Positions 20,039 through 30,071 of a stretch of DNA of 64,000 nt are shown here, in pieces (positions within the stretch are counted from its first letter, which is position 1; every line of letters starts with the position of its first letter). The notes under the pieces are model-generated. The model saw nothing but the letters and a program-made list of their open reading frames with translations. It searched no databases and had not been told where the DNA came from. The position numbers were made by a program, and so were the translations under genes. This DNA comes from Candidatus Saccharimonadales bacterium (GTDB taxonomy: Bacteria; Patescibacteriota; Saccharimonadia; Saccharimonadales; EFPC-124). Location: the NCBI GenBank assembly GCA_035457485.1, contig DATIBO010000006.1, positions 562,659 to 626,658 of the forward strand. Direction: 5' to 3'.

Positions 20039-20452
20039 ATGTTACTTCCAAAGAAAACTAAATTCCGCAAAGTTCGTATTGGCAAAAATACCGGTATTGC
20101 AACTCGCGGTCACTACATTGCATTCGGCGATTACGCTTTGCAGTCACAAGAAAACGACCGCATTACCTCTCGCCAAATCGAGGCAGCTCGTCAGGCGATG
20201 ACTCGTTACATCAAGCGTGGTGGTAAAATCTGGATCCGTATTTTTCCGCATACCCCAGTTACCAAAAAACCAGCCGATGTAAAAATGGGTGGTGGTAAAG
20301 GTAACCCAGAATACTTCGCGGCAAAGGTTAAGGCCGGCACCGTTTTATTCGAAATGAAGGGTGTCACCGAAGACATTGCACGCGAAGCTATGCGTCTTGC
20401 AGCCCACAAACTACCAGTTAAAACTAAGTTCATCATGAGAGAGGAGGTCTAA
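20039..20452 (+). CDS. rplP: 50S ribosomal protein L16
   Basis: [11 protein letters not shown] canonical. Confidence 0.97.
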   Translation: MLLPKKTKFRKVRIGKNTGIATRGHYIAFGDYALQSQENDRITSRQIEAARQAMTRYIKRGGKIWIRIFPHTPVTKKPADVKMGGGKGNPEYFAAKVKAGTVLFEMKGVTEDIAREAMRLAAHKLPVKTKFIMREEV

Positions 20453-20453
20453 A

Positions 20454-20690
20454 ATGGCTGAAACTAAAAAAGTTAAGGCGGTTAATGACTTCCGCGCTAT
20501 GAGTGAAAAAGACTTACAGCAAAAAGTTGCTGAGCTTAAAAAGCAGTTGGTTGAATTTCATCGTTCAAACGCTGCCAACGAGCTTGCAAGCAGCGCTGTA
20601 ATTGGTAAAACCCGCAAAGAAATTGCTAAAGCACTAAGCGTGCTTAGTGAGAAGCAAGTGGCAACAGCCGAGAAAGAACAGGAGAAATAA
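20454..20690 (+). CDS. rpmC: 50S ribosomal protein L29
   Basis: Operon position and sequence. Confidence 0.9.
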   Translation: MAETKKVKAVNDFRAMSEKDLQQKVAELKKQLVEFHRSNAANELASSAVIGKTRKEIAKALSVLSEKQVATAEKEQEK

Positions 20691-20692
20691 CT

Positions 20693-21019
20693 ATGGCCCG
20701 TAAACTAGTTGGTATGGTTACCTCGGACGTACAGGACAAGACTATTACTGTGGCTGTTAGCCGTAGTGTAACCCACCCAATGTATGGCAAACGCTATACA
20801 GTAACTAAAAAATTTGCCGTTCACGATGAGAAAAACGAAGCTCACGTTGGCGACAAAGTAGAAATTGGCGAAACTCGCCCTATTAGCAAACGCAAAAGCT
20901 GGACATTGAGTAAAATTATCGAGACTGGCCACGCGCAAGTTGAGATTAAAGGCGAAGAGTTAGTTGCTGATGCTGAAACAGTGCGTCGCAAGAACAAAGA
21001 CTCGGAGGCTGAGGAATAG
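20693..21019 (+). CDS. rpsQ: 30S ribosomal protein S17 (C-terminal extension)
   Basis: Operon position and sequence. Confidence 0.93.
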   Translation: MARKLVGMVTSDVQDKTITVAVSRSVTHPMYGKRYTVTKKFAVHDEKNEAHVGDKVEIGETRPISKRKSWTLSKIIETGHAQVEIKGEELVADAETVRRKNKDSEAEE

Positions 21020-21022
21020 ATT

Positions 21023-21391
21023 ATGATTCAGCAAGAGTCTCGATTAAAAGTAGCTGACAACAGCGGTGCCCGAAGCCTATTATGTATTCGTGTTTTAGGT
21101 GGTACTGCCCGTCGCTACGCACGTGTGGGTGACATTATTGTTGCCAGCGTCAAAGATGCAAACCCAAGCGGTGGCATTAAAAAGAAAAGCATTGTTAAAG
21201 CGGTAGTTGTTCGCACAATTGCTCCAATCCGCCGTAAAGACGGAAGTGTAGTGCGTTTTGACGAAAACGCAGCAGTCATCATTGGCGACGACAAGATGCC
21301 AAAGGCTACTCGTGTATTCGGTCCAATTCCACGCGAACTTCGCGAAGCTGGCTACATGAAGATCATCAGCTTAGCACCGGAGGTTCTGTAA
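21023..21391 (+). CDS. rplN: 50S ribosomal protein L14
   Basis: [16 protein letters not shown] canonical. Confidence 0.97.
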   Translation: MIQQESRLKVADNSGARSLLCIRVLGGTARRYARVGDIIVASVKDANPSGGIKKKSIVKAVVVRTIAPIRRKDGSVVRFDENAAVIIGDDKMPKATRVFGPIPRELREAGYMKIISLAPEVL

Positions 21392-21708
21392 TGAAGATTC
21401 GCATTAACGATACAGTAAAAGTTATAAGCGGCGCTCACAAAGGCAAAGTTGCTAAAGTTGTAAGCGTTCAACCTAAAGACGGCACTGTTAAACTAGAGGG
21501 CATTGGCCTTCGAAAACGTTTTGTTAAGCCAAGCACAGTAAACCCACAAGGCGGTTCACGCGACATTCACGTTGCAATGCCGGTAAGTAAAGTTGCTTTG
21601 GTTAACCCAGCGGACAGCAAAAAAACAACTCGCGTTGGTTTTGAAGTTAAAAAAGACGGCAGTAAAGTTCGCATCGCGAAACAAGCTGACAACAAGGAGA
21701 TTAAGTAA
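21391..21708 (+). CDS. rplX: 50S ribosomal protein L24
   Basis: KOW motif; operon position. Confidence 0.95.
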   Translation: MKIRINDTVKVISGAHKGKVAKVVSVQPKDGTVKLEGIGLRKRFVKPSTVNPQGGSRDIHVAMPVSKVALVNPADSKKTTRVGFEVKKDGSKVRIAKQADNKEIK

Positions 21709-22283
21709 TGGCTACTAAAACAGTTGCTGACACAGCACGCCTGAAAGCTCTTTACAAAGAGAAGCTTGCTCCTAAACTTCAAAAAGAACTAAACCTTGGC
21801 AACATCAATGAAGTTCCAAAACTTGAAAAAATCGTTTTGAACGTTGGTATTGGCAAGCATAAAGACGACAAAAGCTATCACGAAGCAGTTGTTAACACTT
21901 TGCGTAAAATTACTGGTCAACAACCAGTTGATAAAATCGCCAAAAAGTCGATTGCAACTTACAAAATCCGCCGCGGCATGAACCGCGTTGGCGTAAGTGT
22001 GACTTTACGCGACAAACGAATGTATGAATTCCTAGATCGCTTGATCAACGTTTCGATTCCTCGTTTGCGCGACTTTCACGGTGTTAGTGCCAAAGCCTTC
22101 GACAAACAAGGTAACTACAGCCTAGGCTTCACGGATCAATCTATCTTTTCGGAGTTAGGTTTTGAAGACACAACAACTGCCCACGGCTTACAGGTTAACT
22201 TTAGTATTAAGTCACAAGGTCCAGCGCATTCACGCGCGCTACTCGAAGCTTTTGGAATGCCGTTTGTAAAGGAGGCTAAGTAA
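21708..22283 (+). CDS. rplE: 50S ribosomal protein L5
   Basis: Sequence and operon position. Confidence 0.96.
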   Translation: MATKTVADTARLKALYKEKLAPKLQKELNLGNINEVPKLEKIVLNVGIGKHKDDKSYHEAVVNTLRKITGQQPVDKIAKKSIATYKIRRGMNRVGVSVTLRDKRMYEFLDRLINVSIPRLRDFHGVSAKAFDKQGNYSLGFTDQSIFSELGFEDTTTAHGLQVNFSIKSQGPAHSRALLEAFGMPFVKEAK

Positions 22284-22552
22284 TGGCTAAAAAATCAATT
22301 CTTGCTCGCGACGCTAAGCGCCACGCAATGTACGAAAAGTACGCTGCAAAACGCGCTGAGCTAAAAGCAGCCGGCGATTTAGAAGGCCTAGCTTTGCTAC
22401 CACGCAACAGCAGTCCAACTCGCCGCAAAAACCGCAGTGTAGCAACAGGTCGACCACGCGGATATATGCGAAAATTCGGTCTTGATCGAATCACTTTCCG
22501 CGAACAAGCCAGCAAAGGCCAGATTCCTGGTGTAACAAAGAGTAGCTGGTAG
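22283..22552 (+). CDS. rpsN: 30S ribosomal protein S14, long Cys-free form
   Basis: 89 aa, no CxxC pairs, ends ...GVTKSSW. Confidence 0.95.
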   Translation: MAKKSILARDAKRHAMYEKYAAKRAELKAAGDLEGLALLPRNSSPTRRKNRSVATGRPRGYMRKFGLDRITFREQASKGQIPGVTKSSW

Positions 22553-22562
22553 GAGTAAAACA

Positions 22563-22964
22563 ATGAGTATGCAAACATCTGACCCTATCGCTGATCTACT
22601 AACTCGTATTCGTAACGCTATTGCCGTTAACAAGAATGAAATTGTAGTCCCAGCGAGCAAACTTAAGCTAACAGTAGCTGAACAGCTTAAAAAAGCTGGC
22701 TACCTAAGTGCAGTTAAGTTTGTTGATGCAAAACCACGAGGCAGCATCGTTATTACAATTAACGAAGTTGACGAACCGGTTAAAATTACAGAAATCACTC
22801 GTTTAAGCAAACCTGGACGACGTGTCTACACTAAGACTACTGAGATCCCTCGCGTTAAGAGTGGTCGTGGTATCGTTTTAGTATCGACTAGCCAGGGTGT
22901 AATGACTGGTGATCAAGCTAAAAAAGCTCGCCTTGGTGGTGAGTTAATCTGCAAAGTATATTAG
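22563..22964 (+). CDS. rpsH: 30S ribosomal protein S8
   Basis: DPIADLLTRIRNA canonical. Confidence 0.97.
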   Translation: MSMQTSDPIADLLTRIRNAIAVNKNEIVVPASKLKLTVAEQLKKAGYLSAVKFVDAKPRGSIVITINEVDEPVKITEITRLSKPGRRVYTKTTEIPRVKSGRGIVLVSTSQGVMTGDQAKKARLGGELICKVY

Positions 22965-22976
22965 TAAGGAGATAAC

Positions 22977-23513
22977 ATGAGTCGAATCGGAAAACTACCT
23001 ATCCAGATTCCAAGCGGTGTGACAATCACGGTTGACGACCAATTTGTTAAAGTCACTGGCCCAAAAGGCACGCTTGAGCAATTTACAATGCCGCTTATCG
23101 ATGTAAAAGTCGAAGGTGATGCAGCAGTAGTAACTCGTCAAAACGACGAGCAAGAAGCACGCGCAAAGCATGGTTTAATGCGAGCGCTTATCAACAACAT
23201 GGTTGTTGGTGTAACAAAAGGCTTCGAGAAGAAACTAGAACTTAACGGTGTAGGTTACCGTGTTAGCGGTGGTGGTCAATCGCTTGAAATGAGCCTTGGC
23301 TTCTCTCACCCAGTTAAGTTTAGCGCACCTCAAGGTGTTCAGTTGGCAGTCGATAAAAACCTTATTACTGTTAGCGGAGTTAACAAGCAACAAGTTGGCC
23401 AAGTCGCAGCCGAAATTCGCGCACTTAAAAAACCAGAGCCTTACAAAGGTAAAGGTATTAAGTATGTTGATGAGCAGATTTTGCGTAAAGCCGGCAAGAC
23501 AGGAGCTAAATAA
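22977..23513 (+). CDS. rplF: 50S ribosomal protein L6
   Basis: MSRIGKLPI canonical. Confidence 0.97.
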   Translation: MSRIGKLPIQIPSGVTITVDDQFVKVTGPKGTLEQFTMPLIDVKVEGDAAVVTRQNDEQEARAKHGLMRALINNMVVGVTKGFEKKLELNGVGYRVSGGGQSLEMSLGFSHPVKFSAPQGVQLAVDKNLITVSGVNKQQVGQVAAEIRALKKPEPYKGKGIKYVDEQILRKAGKTGAK

Positions 23514-23866
23514 TGAATAAGCTACTTAAAAAACTAGCTAACCTTGGTTTGCGAAAAAACCGCGTACGCGCGAAGATTATTGGAACAAGCGAACGTCCAC
23601 GTTTGGCTGTTTTCATTAGTAACCAACATGTTCATGCACAAATTATTGACGACAGCAAAGCTGTGACAATTGTAAGTAGTACATCTGTTAAAGCCGCCGC
23701 TAAGGGTAGCTTGAGCGAAAAAGCTGCTTGGGTCGGCGAAGACATTGCTAAAAAAGCAAAAAAAGCTGGCGTAACAAAAGTTATGCTTGATCGTGGTGGT
23801 CGTAAATATGAAGCTCGCTTGAAGGCACTTGCCGAAGCAGCAAGAAAAGGTGGATTGGAGTTCTAA
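23513..23866 (+). CDS. rplR: 50S ribosomal protein L18
   Basis: Sequence and operon position. Confidence 0.95.
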   Translation: MNKLLKKLANLGLRKNRVRAKIIGTSERPRLAVFISNQHVHAQIIDDSKAVTIVSSTSVKAAAKGSLSEKAAWVGEDIAKKAKKAGVTKVMLDRGGRKYEARLKALAEAARKGGLEF

Positions 23867-23867
23867 T

Positions 23868-24497
23868 ATGCCAAACGCAGTAAATATTGAAAGACAACCT
23901 CAAGGTCAGCACCGCAACAACGACCGACGAAATGATCGTCGTTCTCCGCGAAACGACGCGCCTGCTCAAGAAAAAATCTTTACCGAATACGTTATCAATG
24001 TTGATCGCGTAGCACGCGTGGTAAAAGGTGGTCGCAGATTCCGCTTTAAAGCACTAGTTGCCGTCGGCGACAGCAAACAGCGTGTTGGCGTTGGTGTTGC
24101 TAAAGGCCAAGATGTACAAAGTGCAATCGCTAAAGCTGTTGACCGCGCTAAAAAATCTTTGGTGACTATCCCAATCGTTAACTCAACAATTCCCCATGAA
24201 GTTGAGTCTAAAATCGGCGGCGCTAAGATTATGATCATGCCTGCTGCTCCCGGTACAGGTATTATTACCGGCGGTACAATGCGCGCGATCATTGGTTTGA
24301 CAGGGATCACCAACTTACTTGGTAAATCGCTTGGTTCAACCAACAAGGTTAACAACGCGTACGCTGTCATCGATGCTTTAAGCAAATTGGTTCCAGCCGA
24401 CCAGTGGGTTAACAAGCCTAGCCGCAAAGCTAAAAAAGCAGAAACCAAGGCAGAAGAAAAACCTGCTAAAGTTGCTGCTAAGAAAGAGGCAAAATAA
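23868..24497 (+). CDS. rpsE: 30S ribosomal protein S5 (N-terminal basic and C-terminal Lys/Ala-rich extensions)
   Basis: ATG at 23868 follows GGAG. The track start at 23829 overlaps rplR. S5 core present (VVKGGRRFRF). Confidence 0.95.
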   Translation: MPNAVNIERQPQGQHRNNDRRNDRRSPRNDAPAQEKIFTEYVINVDRVARVVKGGRRFRFKALVAVGDSKQRVGVGVAKGQDVQSAIAKAVDRAKKSLVTIPIVNSTIPHEVESKIGGAKIMIMPAAPGTGIITGGTMRAIIGLTGITNLLGKSLGSTNKVNNAYAVIDALSKLVPADQWVNKPSRKAKKAETKAEEKPAKVAAKKEAK

Positions 24498-24973
24498 TGA
24501 AGTTTCACGAACTACAGACTGATGCTAAAAAGAACAAAAAGCGCGTAGGCCGTGGTATCAGCGCCGGTCAAGGTAAAACTGCCGGCCGTGGTACTAAGGG
24601 TCAAAAAGCTCGAACTGGTAAAAAAATCCGCGCAACGTTTATGGGTGGCCAGGGTTCATTGGTACAGCGAATTCCTAAGAACAAAGGCTTTAAGAGCCTA
24701 CGTGTTCCAGCTCAGGTTGTCTATACTTCAGCGCTAGAAGAACTTGCCGGTAAAACTGCCGATAACATGACAATGTTTGAAGCCGGTTTAATCAGCACTC
24801 CTTATCATTCAGTAAAAATTATCGTTAGCGGCGAGCTAAACGGCAAAGTTACTGTTAAGGCGCAGGCAGCTTCTGAAGGTGCTCGTCAGATGATCGAGAA
24901 AGCTGGTGGTAGCTTCGAAGCTGTAGATGTTCCAACTTTGCCAGCTAGTACTCGCAAAAAAGAAGAAAAATAG
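24497..24973 (+). CDS. rplO: 50S ribosomal protein L15
   Basis: Start overlaps the rpsE stop (TAATG), so there is no room for rpmD. Confidence 0.95.
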   Translation: MKFHELQTDAKKNKKRVGRGISAGQGKTAGRGTKGQKARTGKKIRATFMGGQGSLVQRIPKNKGFKSLRVPAQVVYTSALEELAGKTADNMTMFEAGLISTPYHSVKIIVSGELNGKVTVKAQAASEGARQMIEKAGGSFEAVDVPTLPASTRKKEEK

Positions 24974-24986
24974 TTATAAAACTAGC

Positions 24987-25017
24987 AAAAAACGTCGCCA
25001 AGTAAGCGGCGTTTTTT
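24987..25017 (+). terminator. Rho-independent terminator after rplO
   Basis: GC stem (CGTCGCC / GGCGGCG, imperfect) followed by TTTTTT. Confidence 0.6.
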
Positions 25018-25089
25018 GTTTGTAAGGCAATAAAAAGTGGTAAAATTCACAAATCTTTAGCAAATGGGGGTAGCATCTGTTACTATTAA

Positions 25090-26517
25090 ATGTATATGAA
25101 TTGGAAGAATATCTTAAAATCGCTTAAAAGCCGCGAGATGCTTAAAAGGCTGCTAATCGTTGTCGGACTTATAGTAATTTATCGTTTTTTGGCGCATATA
25201 CCGGTACCGCTAGCTGAGCCAACTCAACTTAAAGACGTTTTAACTAACGTCCTGGCCAGCACAGATCTTGGTGGTTTCTTAAATATTTTAACTGGTGGCG
25301 CTCTGGCTAATCTTTCTATTGTCTTAGTCGGTCTTTCGCCATATATCACCGCATCTGTCGTGACTCAACTTCTCACCAAGGCTATCCCTCAACTTGAGGA
25401 GCTGCACAAAGAAGGTGAAACTGGTCGTCGTAAAATCCAGCAGTGGACTCGTATTATTACTTTGCCGCTGGCAATTTTGCAATCCGTTGCATTTATATTT
25501 ATTTTGAGGCAAACCATTTTGGCCGGTAACGTTGGTACAGACATAACCGCCAACACATCTATTTTGCAATGGGTTGTTATGATAACTGCAATGACGGGTG
25601 GAGCCATGCTGCTAATGTGGATGGGTGAACTTATGACCGAGCAGGGCGTTGGCAACGGTATGTCGCTTTTGATTTTTGCAGGAATCGCAAGTCAATTACC
25701 GCAAACCCTCGGCACCCTAGGAACTTCATTAACTAATGTTGCGACAGATGCGGATAAACTTAATGTTTTTGGATGGTTTACACTACCGATCAATGCAATC
25801 GCTTTTTGGGTCACACTGGCCATTGTGCTTCTAAGCTTACTGGGAATATATTTGGTCGTGAAGATCAATGAGGCGCAGCGCATTATTACAATTAACTATG
25901 CTAAGCGTATTCAGGGTAATCGTGCCTACGGAGGTGTAGCGAGTATTTTACCGATCAAACTAATTACGGCAGGTGTTATTCCCGTGATTTTCGCCGTGGC
26001 ATTCTTGGCATTACCAGCTTTCATCGGGCAATTGTTGGTTTCGACTAACAATACTCAGTGGCAAGAAATTGGTTCTAACCTTGTCCAGTGGTTTCAGACC
26101 CCTAATGCTCAACTGTTTGCCACAGGTGATATGACAACTCTGATCTACCCGTCACTGTACCTTTTGTTAGTTGTGATGTTTACATATTTTTACACGAGCA
26201 TTGTGTTTAATGCTCATGAAATTGCCGAGAACCTGCAAAAACAAGGTGGCTTTGTGGCCAATGTTCGACCTGGGGTTCAGACTGAAAAATACCTTAGTAC
26301 TATTGTCAACCGTTTGACCTTGTTTGGATCTCTGGCGCTGGGGTTGATTGCAATCACGCCATTTGTGTTCGAATTCGTTGGAGCTAAGTTTGGCCTTCAG
26401 TTACAAAACCTAGCAGTAGGGGGCACAAGCTTGCTACTGGTTGTGTCTATTACTCTAGAAACCTTGAGACAAATCAATTCTCGTGCATTGATGGTGACCT
26501 ACGATCAAGACTATTAA
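25090..26517 (+). CDS. secY: Preprotein translocase subunit SecY
   Basis: 10-TM SecY sequence. Start is at 25090 or ATG 25096. Confidence 0.95.
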   Translation: MYMNWKNILKSLKSREMLKRLLIVVGLIVIYRFLAHIPVPLAEPTQLKDVLTNVLASTDLGGFLNILTGGALANLSIVLVGLSPYITASVVTQLLTKAIPQLEELHKEGETGRRKIQQWTRIITLPLAILQSVAFIFILRQTILAGNVGTDITANTSILQWVVMITAMTGGAMLLMWMGELMTEQGVGNGMSLLIFAGIASQLPQTLGTLGTSLTNVATDADKLNVFGWFTLPINAIAFWVTLAIVLLSLLGIYLVVKINEAQRIITINYAKRIQGNRAYGGVASILPIKLITAGVIPVIFAVAFLALPAFIGQLLVSTNNTQWQEIGSNLVQWFQTPNAQLFATGDMTTLIYPSLYLLLVVMFTYFYTSIVFNAHEIAENLQKQGGFVANVRPGVQTEKYLSTIVNRLTLFGSLALGLIAITPFVFEFVGAKFGLQLQNLAVGGTSLLLVVSITLETLRQINSRALMVTYDQDY

Positions 26518-26584
26518 AAACTTAATTAAGTGTCGCATTTTGCCCCTTTTTTGCTACAATTAGCGTAGAAAGGGGGATTAAGGT

Positions 26585-26719
26585 ATGCAAGAAGAAAAAA
26601 ATATGGACAACTGCGGTTGCGACTGTGAAATGTGCAAGCAAGGTCGTCACCACGAATGTCCAACAGGTAAATGTACTTGGAAGGACGCCGACAAAGACGA
26701 AGATGAAGAAGACGAATAG
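26585..26719 (+). CDS. 44-aa Cys/His-rich miniprotein with acidic tail (putative metal binding)
   Basis: MQEEKNMDNCGCDCEMCKQGRHHECPTGKCTWKDADKDEDEEDE. Has an AGGGGG RBS, a TGCTACAAT extended -10 upstream and its own terminator at 26736-26766. Confidence 0.55.
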   Translation: MQEEKNMDNCGCDCEMCKQGRHHECPTGKCTWKDADKDEDEEDE

Positions 26720-26735
26720 TCTCTGAATCTACAAA

Positions 26736-26766
26736 ATAAGCCCGAAATATTGGGCTTATTTTTTTG
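26736..26766 (+). terminator. Rho-independent terminator
   Basis: ATAAGCCC / GGGCTTAT stem plus T-run. Confidence 0.75.
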
Positions 26767-26846
26767 CATGTTGACCAAACATGTTTTGATTTGTAATATT
26801 AGGGCAAGACAAATCGCAACGTTAGCGATGGATATTTAAATAACAC

Positions 26847-26875
26847 TTTACAACAGAGGAAAATATCTGTATAAT
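26847..26875 (+). promoter_or_regulatory. Promoter of infA (TTTACA-17-TATAAT, TGn-extended)
   Basis: Read directly. Confidence 0.55.
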
Positions 26876-26890
26876 CAGTCACTGTAGCTT

Positions 26891-27115
26891 ATGGCCAGTA
26901 CTAAAGAAGTAATAAAACTTACCGGACGTGTTGTTGAAGCCCTGCCGGGTGCTAAGTTTATTGTGGAATTAGAAAATGGTCATAAAATCGAAGGGCATAT
27001 CGCTGGTAAAATGCGAAAGCATTATATCCGCTTAGTGCCTGGAGACAAAGTAGAAGTTGAGTTAACCCCTTACGATCTCACAAAGGGCAGAATCATCTTC
27101 CGCTTACGGGATTAA
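26891..27115 (+). CDS. infA: Translation initiation factor IF-1
   Basis: S1-like IF-1 sequence, 74 aa. Confidence 0.95.
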   Translation: MASTKEVIKLTGRVVEALPGAKFIVELENGHKIEGHIAGKMRKHYIRLVPGDKVEVELTPYDLTKGRIIFRLRD

Positions 27116-27144
27116 TATTATATAAACGCCAAGGAGTAGGCCCG

Positions 27145-27261
27145 GTGAAGGTGCAACCAAGCGTCAAAAAAATCAGCCCAGACGACCAGCTAGTACGCCG
27201 TAAAGGCAGGCTGTATGTCATTAACAAACGTAAACCTAAGCATAAACAGAGGCAAGGCTAG
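27145..27261 (+). CDS. rpmJ: 50S ribosomal protein L36, Cys-free (zinc-independent) form
   Basis: [50 protein letters not shown] start. Not in the ORF track (38 aa). Confidence 0.85.
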   Translation: MKVQPSVKKISPDDQLVRRKGRLYVINKRKPKHKQRQG

Positions 27262-27263
27262 TT

Positions 27264-27650
27264 ATGGCACGTATCGCAGGCGTTACAATTCCAACTGACA
27301 AGCAAGTGCAAATTGCTCTTACTTACATTTACGGCATTGGTCCCAAATTTGCTGCGGATATTTTAGCTGCAACAAAAATTGAACCAACTGCGCGTGTTAA
27401 AGACCTATCAGAAAACGAACTACAGAAGATTCGTGACGAAATCAGCGCCAACTACAACGTAGAAGGTGAACTTCAGCGTGTAGTTGTTGGCAATATCAAA
27501 CGTCTTAAAGACATTAAGTCTTACAGAGGTGTCCGTCATGCTGCTAACCTACCAAGCCGTGGTCAACGCACAAAAACAAATGCGCGAACTCGTCGCGGCA
27601 AAAAAGTTACTGTGGGCGGTACTAAAAAGAAGGTAGCGTCTAAGACGTAG
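27264..27650 (+). CDS. rpsM: 30S ribosomal protein S13
   Basis: MARIAGV canonical. Confidence 0.97.
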   Translation: MARIAGVTIPTDKQVQIALTYIYGIGPKFAADILAATKIEPTARVKDLSENELQKIRDEISANYNVEGELQRVVVGNIKRLKDIKSYRGVRHAANLPSRGQRTKTNARTRRGKKVTVGGTKKKVASKT

Positions 27651-27658
27651 GAATTAAT

Positions 27659-28048
27659 ATGGCAGATACACAATCAACCAAGAAGAAGCAAAAACGAACA
27701 GTACCATCCGGTGCTATGCATGTTAAAGCTACTTTCAACAACACAATTGTTACTTTTACAGACAAAAAAGGCGACGTTCTTACAGTTGCTAGCGCGGGTG
27801 CTATGGGTTTTCGTGGTTCTAAAAAAGGAACTGCCTACGCTGCACAGGTTGCTAGCGAAAAGGCTGGAACTGCTGCCAAGCAAACCTATGGCGTAAAATC
27901 TGTTGATGTTTTTGTTAAAGGCATTGGCCTTGGTCGCGACGCCGCGATCCGCGCTTTGCAAAACCTAGACATAGCTATCGAAAGTATCCAGGATAAAACC
28001 GGTGTCCCACATGGTGGCGTTCGCTCACGAAAGGCAAGGAGAGTATAA
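27659..28048 (+). CDS. rpsK: 30S ribosomal protein S11
   Basis: Sequence and operon position. Confidence 0.97.
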   Translation: MADTQSTKKKQKRTVPSGAMHVKATFNNTIVTFTDKKGDVLTVASAGAMGFRGSKKGTAYAAQVASEKAGTAAKQTYGVKSVDVFVKGIGLGRDAAIRALQNLDIAIESIQDKTGVPHGGVRSRKARRV

Positions 28049-28049
28049 A

Positions 28050-28670
28050 ATGGCTAGAGATCGAAGCCCAATTGTAAAACAGTCTCGCCGTGAAGGCTTT
28101 GCCTTGCACGTTAAGGCACATAAAATTATGGCCAAAAAGACTGGCATCCCTGGCGTTCACGCTCAGCGATCTGGTCGCGGTAAAGCAAGCTTGTATTCTA
28201 TGCAGCTTCGCGAAAAGCAAAAAGTTCGCCGACTATACGGCCTACTTGAAAAACAGTTTGCTAACACAATGAAAGAAGCAAGTCGCAGCAAAGGCCAGTC
28301 TGGTCAGGTGCTATTGCAACTTTTGGAACGCCGCTTAGACAACGTAATTTACCGAGCTGGTTGGGCTGTAAGCCGTCGTGGTTCACGCCAATTAGTTAGC
28401 CACGGCCATCTAATGGTTAATGGAACTCGTGTTAATATTCCAAGCTTGCGTGTTCGCGAAGGCGATGTAATTACCGTTCGTCCAAGCAGTGCAAAAACTC
28501 ACTACTTCGCTGGTCTTGATGCAATTGTTAAAGACACAAATCAACCTAGCCTTAGCTGGTTGAAGAGTGACCACAAGAAGATGACAATTACTATAACTGG
28601 CCTACCTACCCGCGAAGAAGCCGACCAAGATATTAAAGAACAGCTCATCGTTGAGTATTACTCACGTTAG
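28050..28670 (+). CDS. rpsD: 30S ribosomal protein S4
   Basis: MARDRSPIVKQSRREG at ATG 28050 after GGAGAG. The track start at 28002 overlaps rpsK. Confidence 0.95.
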   Translation: MARDRSPIVKQSRREGFALHVKAHKIMAKKTGIPGVHAQRSGRGKASLYSMQLREKQKVRRLYGLLEKQFANTMKEASRSKGQSGQVLLQLLERRLDNVIYRAGWAVSRRGSRQLVSHGHLMVNGTRVNIPSLRVREGDVITVRPSSAKTHYFAGLDAIVKDTNQPSLSWLKSDHKKMTITITGLPTREEADQDIKEQLIVEYYSR

Positions 28671-28703
28671 ACTTTTAAAAGAAGGCAAAGGAGAAAGCCG
28701 CGA

Positions 28704-29624
28704 ATGAAAGTCATTCACAACCCAACACTAGCGCACGTTGAAGAGCATAACTCTACAAGTGCAACATTTGTTATCGAGCCACTTCATACTGGCTACGGTA
28801 TGACTCTTGGTAACAGCCTACGACGCGTGTTACTAAGCAGTATTGCCGGTGCAGCTGCAACAGCTTTTAAAATCGAGGGCACAACCCACGAATTTACAAC
28901 TGTTAAAGGTGTAAAAGAGGATGTCGTTGACATCATGCTCAACGTCAAAAATATTTACTTTAAGAGCCACGCTGATGCTCCTATAACTCTACGATTAGAG
29001 AAAAAAGGTGCTGGCGTTGTTACTGCTGCCGACATCAAGCTTACCGCTGACATCGAAGTAGTAAATAAAGATGCTGTTATTGCAACAATCGACGATCCAA
29101 AAGGTTCGTTGGTTATGGACATTGTTGTTGATTCTGGTCGCGGTTATCGCACGATCGAAGAATCGGCTGCAAAACGCACTCAGGGCGATCTAATCGCTTT
29201 GGATGCAATGTTCAGCCCAGTTATGCGCGTTCGCTACAAAGTTGAAAACACTCGTGTTGGCCAAGCAACTGACTTAGATAAACTAAGCATTACAATCGAC
29301 ACAGACGGTACAATCAGCCCACGCGACGCATTCGAAGAGGCTGCGGCTATCTTGATCAACCAGTATACTGCTTTGGCAGGTTCTACTCGTGTTGTTGCTG
29401 GCCCAACTGTTGGTAGCAAAGAAGACCTAGATAGCAATCAGCTTATGACCCCAATTGAAGACCTAAACCTAACAGCCCGAACAACTAACTCATTGATCAA
29501 TAACGACATTCGTACTATTCACGACTTAGTTACTTTGAGTGAGTCTGACCTTCGTGAACTTAAAGGCTTTGGAAGCAAAGCTTTAGACGAAGTTAAAGAA
29601 AAGATGGCGGAGTTGGAGCTCTAA
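28704..29624 (+). CDS. rpoA: DNA-directed RNA polymerase subunit alpha
   Basis: N-terminal and C-terminal alpha domains; operon position. Confidence 0.96.
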   Translation: MKVIHNPTLAHVEEHNSTSATFVIEPLHTGYGMTLGNSLRRVLLSSIAGAAATAFKIEGTTHEFTTVKGVKEDVVDIMLNVKNIYFKSHADAPITLRLEKKGAGVVTAADIKLTADIEVVNKDAVIATIDDPKGSLVMDIVVDSGRGYRTIEESAAKRTQGDLIALDAMFSPVMRVRYKVENTRVGQATDLDKLSITIDTDGTISPRDAFEEAAAILINQYTALAGSTRVVAGPTVGSKEDLDSNQLMTPIEDLNLTARTTNSLINNDIRTIHDLVTLSESDLRELKGFGSKALDEVKEKMAELEL

Positions 29625-29625
29625 T

Positions 29626-30069
29626 ATGCATCGTCACGGATATAAAGGTCGAAAATTTGGCTTAGAACGCGATCAACGCAAAGCTCTAATCAAGGGCTTA
29701 GCTACGTCGCTTATCGAAAAGACAAGTATCGAGACCACACTGGAAAAAGCTAAAGAAATTCGCCCATACGTAGAAGCTTTAGTGACCAAGGCAAAAAAAG
29801 GCGACTTACACAGCCGTCGCCAAATTATTGCCAGCCTAAGTACAATTAGCGCTGCCCATAAACTAGTTGATCAGATTGCTCCAAAGCTAAAAGATCGTCA
29901 AGGCGGTTACCTGCGTATCAAAACTACTCGTTTACGCGTAGGCGACAACGCCCAGATGGCAACAATTAGCTTTGTTGACGATGTTAACGTTGTAGAGGCG
30001 CCAGTTGTTAAGAAGGCTGCTCCAAAAGCAACCGCCAAGCCTAAGGCTGAGCCGAAAGGTAAGGAGTAA
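29626..30069 (+). CDS. rplQ: 50S ribosomal protein L17 (Lys/Ala/Pro-rich tail)
   Basis: Sequence and position. Confidence 0.95.
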   Translation: MHRHGYKGRKFGLERDQRKALIKGLATSLIEKTSIETTLEKAKEIRPYVEALVTKAKKGDLHSRRQIIASLSTISAAHKLVDQIAPKLKDRQGGYLRIKTTRLRVGDNAQMATISFVDDVNVVEAPVVKKAAPKATAKPKAEPKGKE

Positions 30070-30071
30070 TC

